A stretch of 55,371 bases of DNA from Thermoplasmatota archaeon (lineage in GTDB: Archaea > Thermoplasmatota > JAKEGO01): NCBI GenBank assembly GCA_028279595.1, contig JANQNK010000015.1, forward strand, positions 1 through 55,371, given 5' to 3'. Under the pieces are notes generated by a model. The model was not told the DNA's origin and ran no database searches. It saw only the letters and a program-made list of their open reading frames with translations. Positions within the stretch are counted from its first letter, which is position 1. The number at the start of each line of letters is the position of its first letter. Made by a program: the position numbers and the translations under genes. This document shows positions 1 to 9,524 of this stretch, piece after piece.

Positions 1-285
1 CAAAGGATATCAGGAGAGCCCAACTACGGACGAGTCTTCTGCCGTTGCGAACACGCAAGCCAGGCGGAGATACAGGCTGCGCTCGAGAACCCTCTGGGAG
101 CGACATCACTGAACGCCATCAAGTACCGCACGCGTGCGATGATGGGACGCTGCCAGGGCGGATACTGCAGTCCCAGGATCGCCAACATGATGGTATCGAG
201 AGGGACGGACCCGACCGAGATCAGGACCGGGCGTGCAGGCTCCGAGGTCTTCGTCGGAAGGGTCAAGGACGAGGTGGTCGAATGA
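1..285 (+). CDS. C-terminal part of an FAD-dependent oxidoreductase (GlpA-like) with a BFD-like [2Fe-2S] domain; 5' end outside the window
   Basis: Frame 1 reads ...YGRVFCRCEHAS...AIKYRTRAMMGRCQGGYCSPRI...VVE*, the CRCE / GRCQGGxC BFD-like motif. Its stop overlaps the next ATG (ATGA, 282-285). Confidence 0.85.
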   Translation, partial: QRISGEPNYGRVFCRCEHASQAEIQAALENPLGATSLNAIKYRTRAMMGRCQGGYCSPRIANMMVSRGTDPTEIRTGRAGSEVFVGRVKDEVVE

Positions 286-1511
286 TCAACGAGCATTCCG
301 TCGACCTCGCCGTCATCGGGGCCGGCGCTGCCGGGCTCGCTGCTGCCGTCGCCGCAAAGCAGGCCGGTGTGGAGAACATCATTGTCATCGACCGCGAGCA
401 CTCCCCCGGTGGGATCCTGAAGCAATGCATCCATCCCGGCTTCGGGCTCTACCGTTACGAGGAGGAGTTGACTGGTCCTGAATACTTCCAGCGTCACGCC
501 ATGGACGTCATCCATCAGGGGATCAAGGTCATGTCCGACACGATGGTCCTCGACATGACGGCAGAGAAGGAACTGATACTGTCGAACACAGACGGTATCG
601 GGATCCTCAAAGCCAAGGCGATAATCCTCGCAATGGGATGCCGCGAGAGGACCAGGGACAACATCCTCATTCCGGGAACCAGACCTGCAGGGATATTCAC
701 AGCAGGTACTGCCCAGCAGATGATGAACGTCAGGAACCTTATGGTCGGGAAGAAGGTCGTCGTTCTCGGTTCTGGAGACATAGGGCTGATAATGGCCCGA
801 AGACTTGTGCTCGAGGGCGCCGAGGTCCCTACTGTCCTGGAGATCATGTCCTTCCCTGGAGGACTCCAGCGAAACATCACCCAATGTCTGGATGACTTCG
901 ATATCCCGCTTCATCTGAGCACGACAATTATCGAGATCAAAGGCAAGGGTCGGATATCTTCGGTCGTCGTCGCGACCATCGGCAAGGACGGAAAACCGCT
1001 CGAGAGGACAGAGAAGGAGATCGAGTGCGACACGCTTCTGCTCTCTGTCGGATTGATCCCCGAGAACGAGCTATCTCGAGGCGCTGGGGTCGAGATCGAC
1101 AACGTTACTAGCGGACCTATTGTCGACGCCAACTTCATGACCTCTATCCCAGGGATATTCTGCTGCGGTAACGCCCTCCACGTCCACGACGTCGTCGACT
1201 ACGTCTCCGACGAGGCCGAGGAGACGGGTTACGCCGTCTCCAGATGGCTTAGGAACGACGTCGAGGAGTTCGACGTCGATGTCAAGGCCGGCGACGGGAT
1301 CCAGTACGTCCTTCCTCACAGGATCGGACGTAGCAGTGCAACGCTCAAGATGAGAGTGACCGAGCCGGGACGCGATATCTCCATCGTCGGAAGGTCAGGT
1401 GAGGACGAGACATTCAGGAAGAATCTGCCGAGAGTAGCACCCTCAGAGATGATCATGATCGATGTTGGTAGAATTACTGGAGACGTACTCACTGTGGAGG
1501 TGGTCCGGTGA
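282..1511 (+). CDS. NAD(P)/FAD-dependent oxidoreductase (pyridine nucleotide-disulfide family, partner of the GlpA-like enzyme)
   Basis: Motifs VIGAGAAG, GGILKQCIHPGFG, ILAMGCRER, VLGSGDIG and GIFCCGN. The true start is ATG 282 (SD GAGGTG, coupled to the upstream stop), not 45. Confidence 0.9.
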   Translation: MINEHSVDLAVIGAGAAGLAAAVAAKQAGVENIIVIDREHSPGGILKQCIHPGFGLYRYEEELTGPEYFQRHAMDVIHQGIKVMSDTMVLDMTAEKELILSNTDGIGILKAKAIILAMGCRERTRDNILIPGTRPAGIFTAGTAQQMMNVRNLMVGKKVVVLGSGDIGLIMARRLVLEGAEVPTVLEIMSFPGGLQRNITQCLDDFDIPLHLSTTIIEIKGKGRISSVVVATIGKDGKPLERTEKEIECDTLLLSVGLIPENELSRGAGVEIDNVTSGPIVDANFMTSIPGIFCCGNALHVHDVVDYVSDEAEETGYAVSRWLRNDVEEFDVDVKAGDGIQYVLPHRIGRSSATLKMRVTEPGRDISIVGRSGEDETFRKNLPRVAPSEMIMIDVGRITGDVLTVEVVR

Positions 1512-1873
1512 CCAGGATGATCTGCATCGTCTGCCCCATCGGCTGCGAGATGGAAGTCACGATGGAGGGCGGGGTCGTCCTCGTTAAGGGGAACCAGTGT
1601 CCGAGGGGCATCGATTACGCTCAAGCCGAGATGACAGATCCGCGTAGAACATTGGCAACTACTGTCTACGTCCTCGGAGGAGCGAGACCTCTTGCGAGCG
1701 TCCGCGTCGACAACGTTCCCAAGGATGGAATGATGGAAGCGATGGCTGCCATAAGGAAGATCAATGTCCCCGCACCAGTGATAATGGGACAGGCCATCGC
1801 CGAGATCGAAGTGAGAGGGGAGATCTTCCCCGTTGTAGCTACATCGACTGTTCCCGGATATTATTTCGTCTGA
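1508..1873 (+). CDS. DUF1667-family CxxC metal-binding protein
   Basis: ICIVCPIGC...GNQCPRG...DPRRTLATTV. GTGA overlap with the upstream gene. This is the usual third gene of this oxidoreductase triad. Confidence 0.85.
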   Translation: MTRMICIVCPIGCEMEVTMEGGVVLVKGNQCPRGIDYAQAEMTDPRRTLATTVYVLGGARPLASVRVDNVPKDGMMEAMAAIRKINVPAPVIMGQAIAEIEVRGEIFPVVATSTVPGYYFV

Positions 1874-1927
1874 TCGGATGACATTCTAGAGGGATAGATT
1901 CAAAAAGGGTATGTCTCAGGGAACGTC

Positions 1928-2071
1928 ATGGGCAGGACGTATGTTGAGATTGATCTCGAATTGAAGGAGATACTGTTGTCGATAGGATTGGAGGGAGAAT
2001 CCATCAATGACATCATCTGGAGGATAGTTGACGATTCAGGTTACACTGAACTGATGGTAGACATGGAATGA
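1928..2071 (+). CDS. Small ribbon-helix-helix / antitoxin-like protein (47 aa; not in the ORF track)
   Basis: MGRTYVEIDLELKEILLSIGLEGESINDIIWRIVDDSGYTELMVDME shows the strand-helix-'GES..D.I.R'-helix pattern of archaeal RHH proteins. Confidence 0.55.
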   Translation: MGRTYVEIDLELKEILLSIGLEGESINDIIWRIVDDSGYTELMVDME

Positions 2072-2086
2072 TCGATAGGGTCTCGC

Positions 2087-2737
2087 TCAATTCTGAGGCA
2101 TCTCTGGTTTGACCATGATGCCAATTTCGGAGAGTTCGAGCGGCAACGGGTCCACCCGATGCTTGCTACCCCTCAGCTTGACGATCTGGATGCTCCTCAT
2201 GTTGGAGTCGATATCGAGCATGATGATGCCGTCGGAGACGTTCATGAGGAGCTGACTCGGTTCAGGAGCGACGACGTATACCATGCATCCGAGCTTCGTC
2301 AACGTCGAGATGCTATTGATCAGGAACGGTCCGAAGTTCGGTCCGAGCATCGCCTCGAAGAGGCCGACGTCGTCGAAGCAGACGCGGTCGAACTGTCCAG
2401 TGCTCACGGTCTCCTGTAGCATGGAGACGATGTCCGCGTTCGGGTTGTTGACGACCTCTGCAACGTCGATGATCGTGAAGTCTCCCTTGTCCATCACTTC
2501 CTTGTCGTAGAATCCCATTCTCTCAAGGTAGGCGAGAGAAACTTCCATTGGTTCTCTCAACGGAGTGACGTAGAGTACCTTCTCCTGGTTCCTGCAGGCG
2601 AACATCAATGATTGTAATACGAAAGTGGTCTTGCCAGCGCTTTCATCTCCCGTGATGAGAAGAGTTGACGGTCTGTAGAAGCCACCACCAAGGGCCGAAT
2701 CCAGGCCCGGAACCCCCGAATCGACGAGTTTGAGCAT
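2087..2737 (-). CDS. KaiC/RAD55-family RecA-superfamily ATPase (single domain)
   Basis: SGVPGLDSALGGG, Walker A GDESAGKT, Walker B VCFDD and C-terminal RSIQIVKLRGS. Start placed at MLKLVD; a TTTTTATA box lies just upstream on the minus strand. Confidence 0.85.
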   Translation of the reverse strand: MLKLVDSGVPGLDSALGGGFYRPSTLLITGDESAGKTTFVLQSLMFACRNQEKVLYVTPLREPMEVSLAYLERMGFYDKEVMDKGDFTIIDVAEVVNNPNADIVSMLQETVSTGQFDRVCFDDVGLFEAMLGPNFGPFLINSISTLTKLGCMVYVVAPEPSQLLMNVSDGIIMLDIDSNMRSIQIVKLRGSKHRVDPLPLELSEIGIMVKPEMPQN

Positions 2738-2889
2738 ATTGTTAAAACAGGAGTGGATTATAAAAAGGTTGCATGGTGGTTTGCTTCTTGGTTGGATTTG
2801 GATTTCTACGGGCCAGAGTCCTTTCGGTTGGACTCTGCAGCAGCCCGGAAGGATTAAAAGGGTCATAACTAATTGTAATTGGGGATTAA

Positions 2890-5598
2890 ATGAGAGGTGT
2901 CAATAAAATACTGCCAGCATTCATATTCATACTACTCATGTCCACACATACCTTTGTACTTGTAAGTGAGACAAATAATATTGAACATGAATCGCTTCCA
3001 ATCGGAAGTCCGATATCTGAAGATTCGGATGGAGATGGGATACCGGATGATGAGGATCTAATTGACGACGGAAATGCGGTTCTAATATTCTCAATTGATT
3101 ATTGTGAGATAGATCAAAATGCTGATGTTTGGTCAGACGGAGATCCCTATTTCAAGGTCTTTTTCGACCTTGATAATAATGGATCGTTTAATAGTGAAGA
3201 ACAATGGAAATCCAAGATGTTTGAGAATGTAGTTGTAGTCGATGATGAAGGATTTGATGATCTTGGCGCTTGGTGGATCGAAATCGGAATTGAAGATGAT
3301 ATTGACGAGCTATATTTCTGGATCTATGCATACGATGATGATAACGATGGTAATTATGAAGTTGCGGATATCAATCCTAATGCGAGTAGAACTTCAGTAG
3401 ATTTTATTTATGAGATCTCAGAATCGAATGATAATCCGGATAGGTATTACTTAGATGGGAGTGAAGATGGGCAATCGGAAATTGATGCATATATCGAATT
3501 TTCATTCCGTCTCAGGAAAGGTGTCACAATTGAAGAGATCTCTCCATCCAGTGGAGTTATATCAATGAATGAGGGTGAAACAACCTCACTCTCTATTGTT
3601 GATCCATTCATCCCATATTATCTTCCAGACACCTTTACCTATCTCTGGCTTTTCAATAACATATCAAGTAGTGATTGGATACCAATAAACGATACTGATT
3701 CGAACAATCAAACATTTGAATTGTTCGCAAACTACGGTTCTGCTGGAACTTATTTTATCGGTTGCATTATGTATTTCGAATCCTCACGCTACAATTACTG
3801 GTATTATGATATCTGTTTCTGGGAAGTGACAATTATCCATAATAATTCCGTTCCAGTAGCATCAATTACTATCGATTCAGATTATCTCCATCAGTTTGAG
3901 GACATTTCATTCTCGGGGCGGAATTCATTCGATCTAGATGGCGATGAATTGAATTACACATGGGATTTCGGCGATGGTTCAATCGGTTACGGAGTTGACG
4001 TTACGCACGTCTATACGATACCTGACGAATATTTCGTTAAATTGACAGTCGAAGATGACGAACTTGCCACGGATATTAAATTAAGGCCGGTGACGATCGA
4101 GCCGATCGATCTTTCTGCAGCAGAACATTGGGGCACAATTTCAAACGGGAGCACCGTTACCCTGAATACCGATTATAATAATTTCAATGTGGATATGGTA
4201 TCTGAATCGGTATTGATGCCCTTACCATTCGGATATACACTATCGATAAGAACGGGCTTCAAATCGACCATGTTACTAGAACATACTGGCCGTTGTACCT
4301 ATAGGCTGGAAATTAATGAGGATAAACGAGATGTGGAATTTGAAATACAATTGCTAAATAAGACTGATTATTACGAAATTTGGTATCGACCCTCCCTGCA
4401 ATTCACAATATCGATAATCGATTCAAATGAACAAGAGACCGAATTATGGTCAAATGAAACCTCTATTCCGTTGATGAATAACAATCAAGGACTCGATAAT
4501 GATGGAGAACCATTGATATCGATACCTACACTTTCACACGGAAGTGTAGACATATACACCTGGGACCAAATGAAACGAATCTACAAATCAAACGGTACAA
4601 TATACAATCACATTGGATCAATTAATCTTGGTACGATACCGGTTAATATTGCTCAAGTTGACATCTTTCAATTCATCAAAGCCTTAACGGGTTCAAATCC
4701 AATTACTAACACAATAATCAACATCGGAAACTTCTTTACCAACGTCTATATCGAGTCAGACCTTCTACTTGACACACAAATTCAGGACAGATTGGGTTTT
4801 TACATTCAGTCAACTGGGGACTCAAATTTAGAGAACGATTTTGTTTGGTGTGATAGCATTTCATCACATCCATCGTTCACTGTTTCCGGATCGAAAACTG
4901 ATTCAAAGTTCTATGGGATTATGAAGACTAAGTCCGAAGCTTCTCTTTCGCTCGGAGTATACTTCCATCTCAATCTTACTGAGAGTGGAAAAACAGCATA
5001 CGGATTTTACTCAACAATACAGGATAAAGGATTGATAATAGGTCTTCTCGATACTTTGCTAGAGGTCATTGAGACTGGATCTCTACCAAAGAAGGATTTC
5101 GTGATCAGAGAACCTCTCTGGGAATCCGGAGAAATTCAATCACTTCAGGATAGCACAGTATGGTATTGGGATTACCTCGATTATTCACACGAATTCATAA
5201 ATCATGCACCGGTTATCACAGTTTCTTCACCGTCCGAAGCAGTCTACGAGTTAAATGATACAATTCTTCTTGATTGGGACTCGTCTGACGAGGACGGAGA
5301 CACAATCGCTTATGAGGTATATTTAGATACCAACGAGAATCCCACGACTATAGTCGCGCAGGGTTCATCCATTGACTCATATGAAACTACAGATCTAGAA
5401 CCGGGAACATACTATTGGAAGGTAGTCGCGGATGATGGGGAATCTAGAACAGAATCAGAAATATATTCCTTCCAGATTCAAGGTGAATCCGCAAATAAAG
5501 ATAAATCCTCGGGTACACCAGGATTCGGTATAATAACCGTAGCCCTAGCTATGTCGCTATTAGTTATCGTCCAAAGAAGGAAATTCCGAAACAGATGA
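2890..5598 (+). CDS. Secreted PKD-domain surface protein with PGF-CTERM anchor
   Basis: Signal peptide, DSDGDGIPD Ca-binding-like motif, PKD motif FDLDGDELNYTWDFGDG, FN3/Ig-like domain near the C-terminus, and a TPGF + hydrophobic helix + RRKFRNR tail. AT-rich. Confidence 0.85.
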   Translation: MRGVNKILPAFIFILLMSTHTFVLVSETNNIEHESLPIGSPISEDSDGDGIPDDEDLIDDGNAVLIFSIDYCEIDQNADVWSDGDPYFKVFFDLDNNGSFNSEEQWKSKMFENVVVVDDEGFDDLGAWWIEIGIEDDIDELYFWIYAYDDDNDGNYEVADINPNASRTSVDFIYEISESNDNPDRYYLDGSEDGQSEIDAYIEFSFRLRKGVTIEEISPSSGVISMNEGETTSLSIVDPFIPYYLPDTFTYLWLFNNISSSDWIPINDTDSNNQTFELFANYGSAGTYFIGCIMYFESSRYNYWYYDICFWEVTIIHNNSVPVASITIDSDYLHQFEDISFSGRNSFDLDGDELNYTWDFGDGSIGYGVDVTHVYTIPDEYFVKLTVEDDELATDIKLRPVTIEPIDLSAAEHWGTISNGSTVTLNTDYNNFNVDMVSESVLMPLPFGYTLSIRTGFKSTMLLEHTGRCTYRLEINEDKRDVEFEIQLLNKTDYYEIWYRPSLQFTISIIDSNEQETELWSNETSIPLMNNNQGLDNDGEPLISIPTLSHGSVDIYTWDQMKRIYKSNGTIYNHIGSINLGTIPVNIAQVDIFQFIKALTGSNPITNTIINIGNFFTNVYIESDLLLDTQIQDRLGFYIQSTGDSNLENDFVWCDSISSHPSFTVSGSKTDSKFYGIMKTKSEASLSLGVYFHLNLTESGKTAYGFYSTIQDKGLIIGLLDTLLEVIETGSLPKKDFVIREPLWESGEIQSLQDSTVWYWDYLDYSHEFINHAPVITVSSPSEAVYELNDTILLDWDSSDEDGDTIAYEVYLDTNENPTTIVAQGSSIDSYETTDLEPGTYYWKVVADDGESRTESEIYSFQIQGESANKDKSSGTPGFGIITVALAMSLLVIVQRRKFRNR

Positions 5599-5602
5599 GA
5601 GA

Positions 5603-5630
5603 TGGTGGTAACCAAGGCAGCCTTATAAAG
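5603..5630 (+). promoter_or_regulatory. TGGT-N4-ACCA palindrome plus TATA box (unit A)
   Basis: TGGTGGTAACCA at 5603-5614 and TTATAAAG at 5623-5630. The same layout recurs at 5742-5768. Confidence 0.5.
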
Positions 5631-5650
5631 AAAAACCTCAGATGGAAAAT

Positions 5651-5715
5651 TGGTTGCGGGGACCCGAATCGCAAATGCGAATGCAACTCTCGAGACTCGC
5701 AACCACCTTCTTCTT
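5651..5715 (+). ncRNA. Candidate small hairpin RNA A
   Basis: TGGTTGCGGG (5651-5660) pairs with CTCGCAACCA (5696-5705), with an inner hairpin TCGCA-AA-TGCGA. It starts 28 nt after a TATA box and is followed by a pyrimidine tract. Confidence 0.45.
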
Positions 5716-5741
5716 AGGTTGGGGTTATAACCGGTGTATCT

Positions 5742-5768
5742 TGGTTTCCACCAAATTACGTATATAAC
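5742..5768 (+). promoter_or_regulatory. TGGT-N4-ACCA palindrome plus TATA box (unit B)
   Basis: TGGTTTCCACCA at 5742-5753 and TATATAAC at 5761-5768. Confidence 0.5.
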
Positions 5769-5789
5769 CACGAAAGGGATTGTAGAAAT

Positions 5790-5852
5790 TGGTTGCGGAG
5801 TCGACACGCAGATACGTGGCTATTACCTCTCCGCAACTATCTTCTTTTTCTT
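5790..5852 (+). ncRNA. Candidate small hairpin RNA B
   Basis: TGGTTGCGGAG (5790-5800) pairs with CTCCGCAACTA (5829-5839), with an inner hairpin CACG-N6-CGTG. It starts 29 nt after a TATA box and is followed by TCTTCTTTTTCTT. Confidence 0.45.
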
Positions 5853-5959
5853 GTTTCCGGAAGGATTAAGTGTCGAAGGTTCAATCCTTGAAATGGGACC
5901 ATCATTGGCAACCAAAGCTGAATATTGGGTTCGTTCAGGTGGTATCTCCTTACGAGGGA

Positions 5960-7114
5960 ATGGATATGGAAGAACGGGCAAAATCGCTAATCGAGGAACA
6001 TCAATTGGACAAGGACCTTTCAGGAATGGATTTGTCAGGTTGGGATTTCTCTGGAGCCGATCTGAGTGAGTGGAATCTGTCGAAATGTAAGTTCAATGGG
6101 GCAATTTTCTACGATCAGAGAGATCCGATCGATGACTCGCTAAAAACTGATCTTCGGAAGTCTAATCTTCAAGATGCCGAGTTCGAAGGAGCAGAAATGT
6201 CATATGCGGACCTCGGGGGAACAAACATCTTTCGAGCAGATTTCAAAGATTCTACATTGATCTATACTGCCTTCGATTTTTGTCAAGGACGATTGTCCCA
6301 CTTCGAAAATGCAAACCTTGGTGGCGCAGACTTCACTCGTTCGAACCTTGAAGGATCTTTCTTTACTCGAGCTCATTTATCTGAATCCATATTCGATAAA
6401 TCGAACTTAAATGAGGCAAATTTTGAGTATTCAAATTTAAAGGGCGCATCGTTAAACAAGGCGAAAATGAGGGATGCCAATTTACGATATACCGAGATGA
6501 ATAGCAAGACCGAGGTGCAAGGTATTGACTGGTTCAATTGTGTCATTGATGGTTCAACTCTGTACTATACTAAGGTAGATGAAATTGTCGTCAATGAAAG
6601 GAAATTCAATCGCGGTAAGAAGAATAACGATCGAGATCAGATGATTGAGCAAGCCGGGGAAGCTCGTGAAGTCTATGTCAAATTGAAAAACCATTTCAAA
6701 CAAGCAGGTCAATACGAAACTTCTGGCAAGTATTATTATCGCGAAAAGTTGATGGAGAGTCACGTCCACCGGTTCGCAAAGAATTGGACGAATTGGTTAT
6801 GGAATAGTATCTATCGTTATAGTGCTGGATACGGTGAGAAACCCCACTATATACTTGCCTGGTGGGCAATTATCATCACACTCTTTGGTACAATTTACTG
6901 GCTATCGGGCGGATTACATCGAGCTGGAGAGTCAGTAAGTATCCTGGATTCATATTACTTCAGTGTCGTCACTTTCACGACCCTCGGGTTCGGTGATATC
7001 CAACCTGCAGCCTCCATGGATTACATTAAGGTCTGCGCAATGACCGAAGCGCTCCTCGGAACTATGCTGATGGCACTATTCATTCTTACCTTTGGTCGAA
7101 AAATGATGAGATAA
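5960..7114 (+). CDS. Pentapeptide-repeat protein with C-terminal 2-TM potassium-channel domain
   Basis: A(D/N)(L/F)xx pentapeptide run, a helical linker, then YFSVVTFTTLGFGDIQP (pore helix and filter) flanked by TM helices. Start probably ATG 5960 (SD GAGGG). Confidence 0.85.
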   Translation: MDMEERAKSLIEEHQLDKDLSGMDLSGWDFSGADLSEWNLSKCKFNGAIFYDQRDPIDDSLKTDLRKSNLQDAEFEGAEMSYADLGGTNIFRADFKDSTLIYTAFDFCQGRLSHFENANLGGADFTRSNLEGSFFTRAHLSESIFDKSNLNEANFEYSNLKGASLNKAKMRDANLRYTEMNSKTEVQGIDWFNCVIDGSTLYYTKVDEIVVNERKFNRGKKNNDRDQMIEQAGEAREVYVKLKNHFKQAGQYETSGKYYYREKLMESHVHRFAKNWTNWLWNSIYRYSAGYGEKPHYILAWWAIIITLFGTIYWLSGGLHRAGESVSILDSYYFSVVTFTTLGFGDIQPAASMDYIKVCAMTEALLGTMLMALFILTFGRKMMR

Positions 7115-7118
7115 TTCA

Positions 7119-8759
7119 TCAAATGTCAATCGGACTTCCATATTCAGGAATGATAATGTCGACCTGACTGCCGTCTTCCGATTGGATCTCTCGCGCAATG
7201 ACTTCAAACTCCTCTGGATGTTCCGTATGGATCGGAATGAGTTTTTCGGGAGCGAGGAGCTCGATCAGTCTCTTGAGCTCCGGTCTTGACGCGTGTCCGG
7301 AGACGTGGGCTCTGTCCACGCACGGATAATCCTTCTCTTCGTCGCGATCGTATCCGATCCCGAACTTGTCGAGCCAATTGATCAGACGTTTCTCGTCGAT
7401 CTCCATCTCGTCCGAGAAAGGTTCACACTGTGCCTTGATGAAGAATGAACCCGGTATATTCCCCTCTTCGTCGGCGAAGTCGAAGATCTGACCCAGGTCG
7501 AAGAATGATAGCATCATGACGTACTTGGACGGTTCTGCCACGATCTGACTTGCGATGATGCCGTTCTCGTAATGTTCAAGGTCCGGCTCATTGTTCTTCC
7601 AGTCTATCTCGTATCCAACTTCATGCTTGTAGCCCGTGTAATCCGCAGGAGAATACAGACAGGATCCCTTCCTCTTCAGGAAGACCTTCACATCCTCGGG
7701 CAACTCCTCCCCGAGCTTGTTGAGAAGGTAAGCGAGTCGCGAGTTGATGACGAAAGTGCGTCCTCTTGCATCATTCCTGACGGCTTCCAGGATGGTCTCG
7801 TACCTGGTGGTGTCCTTCCAGGCGAAGTCGACAAAGACGATACCTTCCGTCTCCGAGATCTTGTTCGAAATGGATTCGCAGATGTCCTTTTCTGTAATCT
7901 GCTTGTTCGAGTCGACACGGGTGCCTTCACAGAGCATGACGTCGATCGCTCCGACCTTCTCCACGTACTCTTCTATCGTCATCCCTTTGTTGCCGTGGAA
8001 ACGGATGTCGCCAGTGTAGAGTATCCTCTTTCCTTCCGCTTCCACCACGAACGAGGCTGCTCCCGGGACGGAGTGGTCCACTTCTATCAGTTTGACCTTG
8101 ACGTCGCCCAGGGAGACGGTCTCTCCGTCCTCCATTGTGTTTACTTCCCTTTCCACGGATTCCTTCTTCAGTTTGAGAGCTCCGGGGAAGGTGGAGCGGT
8201 CTCCACTGGTGGTGACTTCTACCAATTCGGAAGTGATCGCTTTCGTTCTGAAAGTGGTGACGTCGTCTATGGCTCTGACGAGTGTTTCCGTTACTTCCGA
8301 GCAGTACAATGGTATCTGGTGGTGGAGGTAGCCGATGGCTCCGGTGTGGTCGAGATGAGCGTGGCTGAGGAAGATCGCGTCGACGAAGGGTTTTCCATGT
8401 TTGTTGGAGTAGTCTTCCGCTGAGATGATTTCAGAGTTGACGAGGGGGGAGTCTGAGGTGAGGGTGCGGGAGGATGTTGGAGAGACCTCATCTATGCCTC
8501 TGGGGCGGATGAGGCCTTCACGGTAGATACCGTCAATGTGGGGGAGGACTCCGATGGTTAATTTGTCGGGGAGGTCGGTGTTCGTGCGGATGCCGAGGAA
8601 TTCGGCGAAGTACTGGGACTCGTAGCCCATGCGGGAACCGAAGTCGAGGAGGATTCTAGTTTGAGCTGTTTCAATTAGGGGTTTATTACCCCCAATTTCA
8701 GAAATTCCTCCGAACATACTAATCGACATCAAATTACTACCAATTATGGAATTACTCAT
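7119..8759 (-). CDS. Metallo-beta-lactamase / beta-CASP nuclease (RNase J-like)
   Basis: GGISEIGGN, LLDFG, SHAHLDHTG, VDHSVPGA, YTGDIRFHG, EGT, HVSGHA and PIHTEH motifs. The start could be 8729. Confidence 0.85.
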   Translation of the reverse strand: MSNSIIGSNLMSISMFGGISEIGGNKPLIETAQTRILLDFGSRMGYESQYFAEFLGIRTNTDLPDKLTIGVLPHIDGIYREGLIRPRGIDEVSPTSSRTLTSDSPLVNSEIISAEDYSNKHGKPFVDAIFLSHAHLDHTGAIGYLHHQIPLYCSEVTETLVRAIDDVTTFRTKAITSELVEVTTSGDRSTFPGALKLKKESVEREVNTMEDGETVSLGDVKVKLIEVDHSVPGAASFVVEAEGKRILYTGDIRFHGNKGMTIEEYVEKVGAIDVMLCEGTRVDSNKQITEKDICESISNKISETEGIVFVDFAWKDTTRYETILEAVRNDARGRTFVINSRLAYLLNKLGEELPEDVKVFLKRKGSCLYSPADYTGYKHEVGYEIDWKNNEPDLEHYENGIIASQIVAEPSKYVMMLSFFDLGQIFDFADEEGNIPGSFFIKAQCEPFSDEMEIDEKRLINWLDKFGIGYDRDEEKDYPCVDRAHVSGHASRPELKRLIELLAPEKLIPIHTEHPEEFEVIAREIQSEDGSQVDIIIPEYGSPIDI

Positions 8760-8887
8760 AGTAATATAGGTTTAATGGTACTAGTTATTCATTCAGGATA
8801 GTCTTAATAATGGGATCCGAACAATTACTCAAATTTACATTTACATTAGATATCAACAGAACGTATAGGAATATCTTTAATGGGTAA

Positions 8888-9430
8888 ATGGAATTAAATG
8901 TCATGATAGATCCTGCGGTTTCCGCAATAATTGGTGTTGTTATCGGATTCACTCTACATGAAATCGCAAGGTCTTTCCGAGAACATCGGAAGTTCCAAGA
9001 AGAACGTAATGCTGCGCGGATCCTAGTGAATCTTGAGGTTAAACGTAATATACGACTTTTACAATTATTTTGGAATGACATTGCTGCATATGACGAACCT
9101 CAATGGTATCCAAAGATACATGGTTCATTACCGAATTGGAGTTGGGAGGTTTGGAATAGTCAGTTGAAGATTGCTCCTAAGATCTTTAATAGGTCGGAAT
9201 TAGAGCGATTATATGTTCATTATGGGGATTTAGAGAGAATTCGAGATTGTTTATTAGATTTGAGTATTACTGAACCGGGGGGAGAAATGGTTCTCCCTAA
9301 TGTTGCAGATAGTGCAGGGGCTATTAAATTCCAAGGAACTATCCGGGGGGGGCTTCATAGTTGGGATGAATGTAGGTTTATTATAAGACGACTTTTAAAG
9401 AATAAAAGAGGTGTACTATCGATACAATGA
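8888..9430 (+). CDS. Hypothetical protein with N-terminal TM helix
   Basis: 180-aa ORF with AVSAIIGVVIGFTL followed by a charged helix. AT-rich. Confidence 0.65.
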   Translation: MELNVMIDPAVSAIIGVVIGFTLHEIARSFREHRKFQEERNAARILVNLEVKRNIRLLQLFWNDIAAYDEPQWYPKIHGSLPNWSWEVWNSQLKIAPKIFNRSELERLYVHYGDLERIRDCLLDLSITEPGGEMVLPNVADSAGAIKFQGTIRGGLHSWDECRFIIRRLLKNKRGVLSIQ

Positions 9431-9524
9431 TTACATTTCACCATCCAATAAGGTTAGTTATAAGACCTAATAACTTGATAATATTACAGGATAATGCTGA
9501 TAATGAATTAAAATTGTTGGAGGT

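Noticed and set aside
24-914. 296-aa minus-strand ORF, and the 45-281 N-terminal extension of the oxidoreductase
   Set aside because: Both overlap genuine plus-strand genes. The oxidoreductase starts at ATG 282, coupled to the upstream gene.
2087-2737. Circadian kaiC
   Set aside because: This is a single-domain ATPase with no kaiA or kaiB; it is the common archaeal KaiC-like/RAD55 type.
5603-5753. MITE bounded by a 14-bp imperfect inverted repeat
   Set aside because: No target-site duplication is evident. The repeat is better explained as one palindromic site placed equivalently before two TATA boxes, though a MITE is not fully excluded.
5600-5860. CRISPR array or intact tRNA gene
   Set aside because: There are only two ~13-nt direct repeats, no cas genes, and no full cloverleaf. 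Kept only as candidate small RNAs or att relics.
5478-6069. ORFs 5478-5807 (-) and 5734-6069 (+)
   Set aside because: They overlap real genes and the structured non-coding units, and have no protein-like features.
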